A model generated the notes under the pieces. That model was not told the DNA's origin and searched no databases. It was given only the letters and a program-made list of their open reading frames with translations. A program made the position numbers and the translations under genes. Of a DNA stretch of 64,000 bases, positions 55,893 through 64,000 are shown one piece after another. Within the stretch, counting starts at the first letter, position 1; each line of letters starts with the position of its first letter. Source of the DNA: Octopus vulgaris (Eukaryota); the NCBI GenBank assembly GCA_951406725.2, contig OX597832.1, positions 64,294,001 through 64,358,000 on the forward strand. Reading direction: 5' to 3'.

Positions 55893-55981
55893 TGTATGTA
55901 TGTATGTATGTACGTATGCATGTATGTATATGCATATCAGCATGTTTATGTGTATGTATGTAAACACACACACACACACAC

Positions 55982-56069
<88 letters not shown>

Positions 56070-56369
56070 GGTGATAGATAGAATCGATTTTTATTCATAA
56101 AAGTTACTTTTCAGACTTCTGCTGGAGGCATACTATTGATTCCTCACACACTTTCCTTCTCTTTCTCTCCCATTCTCTCTTTTCCACCCTCTCCCGTTCT
56201 CTCTTTTCCTCCATCTTCTTCTTTTCAGTTCATCATTTAAAAGTAAAACTGCAATATTTTTTTATTCTCTCACTGTCTCTCAAAAAATTAAATAATGTGT
56301 GACTAGAGTTTGTGTTTATTACATTGTTATTATTATTATTATTATTATTAGTAGTAGTAGTAGTAGTAG

Positions 56370-56419
<50 letters not shown>

Positions 56420-56529
56420 AACAACCATAGCACAACGTTTATACTTTAACAAATGAAAAAATAATGGCATTTCAAATGGCGTTAATAAGAAAAGCAGTAA
56501 CCGAAATTAAGCTAGCATTGCTTATCAGA

Positions 56530-56930
56530 AGGAAGCTGATCGATACAGATCGATTCCCCTATAAGAAGAGAGCATTGGAGATTTATGCTAAGGGGGACAG
56601 TGTCTGCCTTGCCTACGGAAAATACCTAGGAGAAAGCTCCATATACCCTCAAAGGAATATATAAAAAAATCCCATGCCAACTTTTGGGGCAACAAAATAT
56701 GGGGTCCTGAAATGTATGCCTGGTATTTAAAAATGTCCGTAATGTGTCAAGATAAATAAAATGGGCGAAGTAGGGAGATTTGTTGTAAAGGTAGCCGTTA
56801 GATTCCCATTGCCGTTCCGGTGTTCTGCGGTAGTGTATTTAACTCAAAGATTTAATCGACAAGGTTTTGGACAGCATTGGCCCCCATGTCTAACTTAATA
56901 CCACGACTTGGGAAATACACTTAAAGGTAT
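56530..56930 (+). pseudogene. EGF-repeat relic block
   Basis: 56595: GQCLPCL / YLGESS; 56673: HANFWGNK; LKCMPG; MCQDK*NG; FRCSA. Confidence 0.6.
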
Positions 56931-56939
56931 TTCATACGA

Positions 56940-57260
56940 ATCCTTGTTTGGGCGCTATAGCCCATTCCTGGAGAGTTAGTTTTTACAGGGCAGGTGGTTT
57001 ATCTGGGATTTTCTTTGAAAATATTCGTCCAGGAACAGTTTAGGGTATCTTTTTCTTAGGGTATCTTTTTCTTCTCTTATGTGTCTTGGAATGATATTAA
57101 GGAGAGCAGCACCCGTTGAGTTGAAGTAATTCTGCCTGAGTGTTGTGATGTTATGCGAACACAACTTTTGAGAGGACGAACAGTAAGAGGACCAAGTCTT
57201 GGTGAAATTTAAATTAAATGCCAACATCAGTTGTACACTGCTGCTGGAATATTTTCCTCA
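56940..57260 (-). mobile_element. Old CR1-like LINE C-terminal remnant
   Basis: TLRQNYFNSTGAALLNIIPRHIR...LDEY resembles the RYCNSLGFRGIQLFNILPKCLR...LDLF segment of the 62.9-kb LINE. Confidence 0.65.
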
Positions 57261-57299
57261 TCAGGCAAATGATATAAAGCCCGCGGCGACGTTGGAGGG

Positions 57300-57720
57300 A
57301 ATAAAAACAGTTTCTAGGGACGATCCCACTAGCAAAGAGCTGTCAGGCAGTCCATTCTCCTTGTGATCGATCTCTAGAATGCTTCGATTTTTATAATGTT
57401 CTGTTTCAGGTAGGGAGACCACAGCGGACAACACTATATGACATAAACCAGTAGCTTTAGAATTAAACCTGGAACGACGCAGATACGAAACTGAATACTT
57501 AATTGCACGGTTAGGCCTTTGTATTGGTTTTCTGCATATTGAAGACCTGACATAGAAATGCAAGCGAATATATTTACCACACATATACATATATAGACAT
57601 TGCAAACCAATGTTCGTGGCGTCATTCCCCCAACAGTGTTGTGTTCTCACTTCGAATGCAAGCAGAGAACTAGAAATCGTATGAAATGAAACAAAGGCCA
57701 CACGCTGACACACAATTATA
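57300..57720 (+). pseudogene. EGF-repeat relic block
   Basis: 57335: KSCQAVHSPCDRSLEC; SGQHY; LNCT; 57651: [16 protein letters not shown]. Confidence 0.6.
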
Positions 57721-57792
57721 TCCAATACATAAACACATCAAGGCACGCACACGTACATATATGTGCGTTCACGCGTGCTATGTTACTATCTA

Positions 57793-57920
<128 letters not shown>

Positions 57921-57968
57921 CCTTTCTATCTGTCTGTCTTTCTGTCTGTCTATGGATATCCGTATCTC

Positions 57969-58023
<55 letters not shown>

Positions 58024-58106
58024 ATGTATATGTATATATGTATATTGTATATATATATATATATATATATATGCATATATATATATACACACATATATGT
58101 ATATAT

Positions 58107-58152
<46 letters not shown>

Positions 58153-58729
58153 CACACACATATATATATATTCACACGCACACACATGTATGTGTATATA
58201 TATATATGTATATACATACACTCATATATTTGTGTGTATATATAACGATGTCAAATCTATACACACAAGTGTATGGGTGTAAAAGATCACGTTATTTCCA
58301 ATTATACGTAATTTAGCATGCATTATAAAACTTCCCGGGTTTCGTATATTCTAAGAACCATCCGTGAAAATCTCATTAAAACCAACACTGTATCTCCAGA
58401 ACCAGACAGGTTTCACTCTGGCACCAGTCTATATAACATTTCCACCGAATAAATTAAATATTAGCAAAAAAAGTTTCTATGCTGTTTTTATTCGCCTAAT
58501 TTTTTGTTTCCAATTTTTTTCTCTATTTCGCTATCTTTAAATATTATTTTGGTTTCAACATTAGCATTGGTGCGGTAGACATAGCAGAATTTTCAACAAA
58601 ATATCTTGGAGGGTATATTTATATTCTTTTATATTGTGATTTCGAATCACGATGATGTCTGCTTCGGTTCTAATTGAGGAATTATCTACCACTAAAATAC
58701 TGAGGATAATTAAATCGATGCTAAATCTG

Positions 58730-58928
58730 TTCTTTATTTGTTTCAGTCATTTAACTGCTGCCATGCTGGAGCATCACTCTTAGTCGAACAAATCGATCCC
58801 ACGCCTTATTCTTTGCAAGCCTAGTACTTATTATGTCGGTCTGTTTTACCGAACCGCTAAGTTATGGGAACGTAAAAACACCAACATCGTATGTCAAGTG
58901 ATGGTAGAGGGACAAAAACACACACACA

Positions 58929-58973
<45 letters not shown>

Positions 58974-59110
58974 GACGGGCTTCTTTCAGTTTCCGTCTAC
59001 CAAATCCAACCACAAGGCTTTGGTCGGCTCGAGGCTATAGTAGAAGACACTTGCCCAAGGGGCCACACAGTGGGACAATCTGGAACCGTGTGGTTGGTAA
59101 ACAAGCTACT
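58730..59110 (-). mobile_element. SINE family A, near full length
   Basis: Reverse complement of the 26398 copy, with internal (TA)n. Confidence 0.9.
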
Positions 59111-59364
59111 ATATGGGAAAACAAATATATTTGTCTTCTTTGAATGAGAGAATTAGTAAAGAGCGCAGGAAAAAGAAAACAAAAACGGTTTGACATTTGT
59201 TTTCGACAGGTCAAAGTTTCATTTAGCTGTTTCGTGTTTAATGGAAAAAAATCCAGTTGATTCCTTGATTTCACCAGCTATCTCCTTTCATAAATATGTG
59301 CTGCACTGCTATTTCGAAAAAAAAATATTATTGGAATTGTAAGGGCGTTGGGTTGAGATCTTTT

Positions 59365-59770
59365 ATCTTTTTTGTCTTGTTTCAACATTAAACTGCGACC
59401 GTGCTGGGGCACCGCCTTGAAGAATTTTTTTGTCAAATGAATCCACTCCAAGTCTTATTCTTTTAAAACCTGGTACTTATTCTATCCGTCCCTTTGTCGA
59501 ATCGCTCAGTTACGAGGATATAAACATAACACCGGTTGTCAAGCATTGAGGGAGGGCACATATACACACACAAACGCAAACACACGCACACACACGCTCA
59601 CACACACATACATGACGGGCTTCTTTTAGTATCGTCTCCCAAATCCACCCAAAAGGCTTTGATCGGCCCGAGGCTACAGGAGAAGACAGCTGCTCAAGGT
59701 GCCATGCAGTGGGACTGAACCTGGAACCCTCTGTTCGGGAAGGAAGTTCCTTACCACACAGCTACGCATG
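59365..59770 (-). mobile_element. SINE family A, degenerate full length
   Basis: Reverse-complement head, body and tail. Confidence 0.85.
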
Positions 59771-59819
59771 AATCTAATAATCATTAGAATCTTGGTAAAA
59801 CTACTGTGCAATATCTTAT

Positions 59820-60100
59820 CTGGATTGCTTATTTCCGGGAAAATTTCGGTTTGGGTCGAGAAATCAAGAATGTAACAACTGTGCTTGATAATTCCATTAA
59901 TTATTCCAGCATTGATGGAATACATACCAGTGTTAGAAATGCTTTTTCTTGGAATGTCTTATATTATATGTCTATTTGGAGAGATCTGGGCAAAGCAGCA
60001 ATAATAGCATTGAGAACAACATCTTTAAGAAGTCTCTTAGTTGCATCATTGAGGTTTCAGTCGTTCGACCTGCTAGTGACAGCAGCCAAAATCTCCATAA
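59820..60100 (+). pseudogene. EGF-repeat relic block
   Basis: ENFGLGR / ECNNC / DNSINYSSIDGI. Confidence 0.5.
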
Positions 60101-60294
60101 AATCCGGGCACTAATGCTTTGAGGAAAATGGGGAAAAGCAACATCAAAAAAGAAAAATGTTACATTAGGTAATATAGTCATAAAAACAATATATTAAAAC
60201 AAAATACTGGATGGTCACGGTTGGCATACTTTTAGTCAAGATGATGTTCAGTTGTGGCTGACCTAATGCTACAAAACGAACAACAAAAAATCCC

Positions 60295-60640
60295 GTACAT
60301 TATTTACATTACTTCCATTTGATGGATATTTGTCTTCATCTTGTTTGTTGTTAACACGTTTCGGCTGATATACCCTCGAGGCTTCATCAGGTGTCTTGGG
60401 GAAATTTCGAACTTGGAAAACAAGAAGACGCCGGAAAGAAAAAATATATATATATTATGTGTGTGTGTGTGTGAGTGTGTGTTAGAACTGTGAGAAAATA
60501 TGTTTCCTTAGCTTTCATGAAGGCTGAAGGGTATATCAGCCGAAACGTTGTCTGAACAACAAATAAGACGAGGACAAATATCCGTTAAATGTAAATAATG
60601 TAACTAATGTACATAATTCCCCATCTCTTAAATATAGAAC
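60295..60640. mobile_element. Inverted pair of Penelope-like terminal repeats, each with a damaged hammerhead (family 3)
   Basis: 60295-60400 (-) mirrors 60514-60612 (+). Minus copy ACAC-CUGAUGA-AGCCUCG..CAGCC-GAAACGUGUU; plus copy UCAUGA-AGGCUGA..UCAGCC-GAAACGUUGUC. Confidence 0.75.
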
Positions 60641-60664
60641 CGAAAAAGTCCCGTTTCTGCAACA

Positions 60665-60963
60665 GGTTTTGTAGCAGTGGGTTAGAGTGTACTTTTAAAT
60701 ATAATTGCCAGTGTATTTGTGACATTACGGAAAGTTCAGGTTCGTGTGAAGAACGTTTTAAAAGAGTTATTTCTTTCAGATCAAATTTAAAGAATAAACC
60801 TTGTTAGGGTAAAGAGTTGCTAATTTAAAGTTTAATTTAAAAATTGCAATTACTATGCAAAACGTAATTTCATTTCTCGACGTCTCTGTATCTTTTAAAC
60901 CTACCTACCTACCTACTTACCTACCTACCTACCTACCTACCTACATATCCACCTCTCTTTCTT

Positions 60964-60994
<31 letters not shown>

Positions 60995-61072
60995 ACACAC
61001 ACACATATATATTCATATATATGTGCTTTATCCGTTTACTTGTCTATCTAGTGTACTTTACATACATACATA

Positions 61073-61121
<49 letters not shown>

Positions 61122-61520
61122 GGAGGGAGTAAGGAGAGAGTGAGAGAGAGAGAGAGTCAAACACATAATTATTTCTCCGTCTGCCTGCTTGACTGTGCAG
61201 TCATTTCATTATTTCACTGTCATTCTTCAATCATTTCTTTGAAAGTTAAGGAAACACTACATATTCTAATACACAAACACACACACATACACACATATAT
61301 GTATATATATATATATATATTTGTTTTCACCTTATTTCAGCGCGGAAACTGTACTAAAACAACGAAATGCCTGCAAAATAAACGTGACCAAGTTCTGGTA
61401 TTAGGTCCCGGATGTTGCCAAGAGCATAGGAAAAATCTCGTCGTGGTTATTTACAAAACATTGCTAACCAACAAGATTCAGACGTATATATACCTTACAC
61501 CTTTAGTAAATTCGTGTTGA
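60665..61520 (+). pseudogene. EGF-repeat relic blocks
   Basis: GLECTFKYNCQCICDITESSGSCEERFK; VCLLDC; 61335: FQRGNCTKTTKCLQNKRDQVLVLGPGCC. Confidence 0.6.
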
Positions 61521-61840
61521 ATAAGTGAAAAGAAGTAATATACTCAGAAAAACAAAAGAATATCAAATAACTTTAAACAACCTCGCCTCCATCATCACCC
61601 GAACCACCGCTGCCACCGACCTTAGCTGTAGTAACAGCAATAACAAAATGCCATAGAAAATGCAGTCACACACACACACCCACACACACACACACACACA
61701 CACATACACTTATATAAACAACAAAGAAAATAATTTCAGTAAAAACAGGAAAAATACGAAGATACCGTAGAGAAAATGAGTTTAGTAAAGTATAATTTGT
61801 CAGGAGAAAGTCTAACGATAGTGTGCTTATTGTTGTTGTA

Positions 61841-61912
<72 letters not shown>

Positions 61913-62289
61913 GTTGTTTATTGTGTATGTTTATTTTGGAGTTATGTTTAGTTTTCTTCCACACTTTTTTTAGTAAAATGTTTTCCCAAAGCTATTGTGT
62001 TATATGTGTGTGTGTGTGTGTGCATATATATATATATACCTATGTGTGTTTCTAACTATTCGCACATTCACACACATATACCTCTATATACATAATCATT
62101 ATACTTGCATAAACACGAACAAACACACACACAATTAAATATATACATAGATATATCATCTTTGATACTCTCACACGCACACACACACACATATATATAT
62201 ACAGTTATTTATACATACACACATATAGATACATATTCATATATATATATACACATAAATAAACATGTTGAGATATACCTTACACATCC

Positions 62290-62325
<36 letters not shown>

Positions 62326-62592
62326 GAGAGTTCTTGCGTATGCACATACACACATTCGCCGCACCTCGCCAAATATATATTCATATATATATATATGTGT
62401 GTGTATATATGTATGCATATATGCTGAAGTATGGGCGGTCGATAGGTAAAATCGTTACAGCGTTGGAATGAATGCGTTGCATTATTTGTCCAAGTTCTCT
62501 CCTTTTGGAAATCAAATCCAGTTAAACTTCATTTCAGGGACGCTATAAATAAACCGTACTGTATCTCCTGTTTTTCTCATATTCATTTAATG

Positions 62593-62637
62593 CAGTAGTA
62601 CCTCGGTTTACGAACGCCTTTGATCACGAATAAATCG
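62593..62637 (+). mobile_element. Solo Tigger/pogo-like TIR fragment
   Basis: CAGTAGTACCTCGGTTTACGAACG resembles Tigger-type termini; no partner TIR found. Confidence 0.45.
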
Positions 62638-62673
62638 TGTTTAATATATATCTATATCTGTCTGTCTGTCTGC

Positions 62674-62735
<62 letters not shown>

Positions 62736-62747
62736 TTGTATTTTTGT

Positions 62748-62799
<52 letters not shown>

Positions 62800-62830
62800 G
62801 CACATATATATACATATATATATATATATA

Positions 62831-64000
62831 TAAATCCTTAAATCCTTAAAAATGTTTTAGCCCGAAGGTCGCGGCCATCCTGGCGCACCACCGCTGAATG
62901 AGCTACACTAATATGTGAATCCACCTCTGATACGTGGCACTTGATCAACAAGGGAGTTCGATGCTGCTGCCCGCATCTGCGTCTCCTGTCGTGAGGTAGG
63001 TTCATCTGGGACTCCCGACAAGAAGAGATCCAGTTTAGTTTTAAAGATACCCACATCCACACAATGTAAGTCTCTTAGGCATTTAGGGAGGATGTTAAAG
63101 AGCTGTATTCCTCTGAAACCCAAGCTGTTGCAGTATCTGGTCCTGTATTTTGATGGTGATGTTGGAATCTTTGGCACCGTTCTGCGGTTGGGGTAACTTT
63201 GAATGCCAAAGTTTGGGACAAGACCCTCCAGGATTTTCCAGATGTATATCACCGCATATCTCTCCCGCCTCCGCTCTAGGGAGAAGAGATTTAATACCTT
63301 CAGTCTTTCCCAGTAGCTGATAATTTGCATTGAGACGATCTTCTTTGTGTAGCTTCTCTGAATTGCTTCGAGTTCTGCTGTTAGTTTTATATTGTGTGGT
63401 GACCATAGTTGGAAGCAGTAGTCCAAGCGGCTGAGGACGAATGTTTTCCAGAGGACCATCATTGTCTCCTTCTCTCTTGTTCTGAAAGTTCGGAGAATCC
63501 ATCCAGCTAGCCGTCTGCATTTTATCACCAGATTAGTAATATGCACTTGGAAAGATGCATCATTGCTCATGTCAATGCCTAGGTCACGAACTGATTTGGA
63601 CTCAGGGATTGCAATTCTTCCTGGGCCAGTGTATCCAGTCTGCACGTCAATTACCTTTGTGTGCCGGTAGCGCAGGGCCTGGAACTTACCTGCATTAAAC
63701 TGCATGTTGTTGTCCTCCGCCCACCTGTATATTTTATCCAACTCCTGTTGCAGATACGCAATATTTTCAGGGTTTTGTATTGTGTGGAGACTTTTGTGTC
63801 ATCTGCATAGCTAGCAAGGGTGGCCATCGTAGCAACTGAAGGTATGTCTGAAAGGGCCACTATGAACAGCAATCGCCCCAAGACACTGCCCTGTGGAACA
63901 CCGCTTGTTATTTGTGTTTCCTTGGAGGTGGCTCCATTGCTCACAACTGCCTGCCTTCTGTCTTTTAGGAAGTTGTGCAGCCACTCTCCAAGTTTTCCGC
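62831..64000 (-). mobile_element. CR1-type LINE: reverse transcriptase C-terminal half plus 3' UTR, continuing beyond the window
   Basis: ITSGVPQGSVLG(R)LLF, YADDTK, MQFNAGKFQ, VRDLGI, YWERLKVLNLFSLERRRERY. Frameshift near 63785 just after YADD. 3' tail (AGGATTTA)2 abuts (TA)n. Confidence 0.95.

Noticed and set aside
56065-56130. Second TA-CAGGGTG mariner terminus
   Set aside because: Only a 7-bp match and no partner TIR found.
57261-57725. 154-aa minus-strand ORF
   Set aside because: Antisense to an EGF relic block, with no recognisable motif.
62908-63944. Active LINE ORF2
   Set aside because: Frameshift just after YADD, a P-to-R change in QGSVLGP, and an apparent deletion near 63180.

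Overview
AT-rich eukaryotic DNA, inferred to be octopus/cephalopod from its SINE families and extreme (TA)n/(CA)n/(TATC)n/(TATG)n/(TAA)n microsatellite load. I find no intact host gene, and nearly all ORFs in the supplied track are microsatellite read-through. Recognisable parts: at least four SINE families (three with tRNA-like heads), CR1-type LINE remnants (RT running off the right edge), two R4/Dong-like remnants in a (TAA)n tract, a hAT MITE, a deleted Tc1/mariner element, and several foldback elements. Two hidden layers stand out. (1) Many non-repeat islands from base 1 to ~61.5 kb translate on the + strand, across frameshifts and stops, into decayed cysteine-rich MEGF/laminin-type EGF-like repeats. 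The window appears to be the fossil of a very long tandem-EGF coding array inflated by later insertions. (2) Three different families of type I hammerhead ribozyme repeats (Penelope-like/retrozyme-like) are present, two copies each. They include a near-identical 428-bp partial-tandem/inverted unit and a family with a U4C core variant. All calls were made by eye; boundaries of degenerate elements are approximate.
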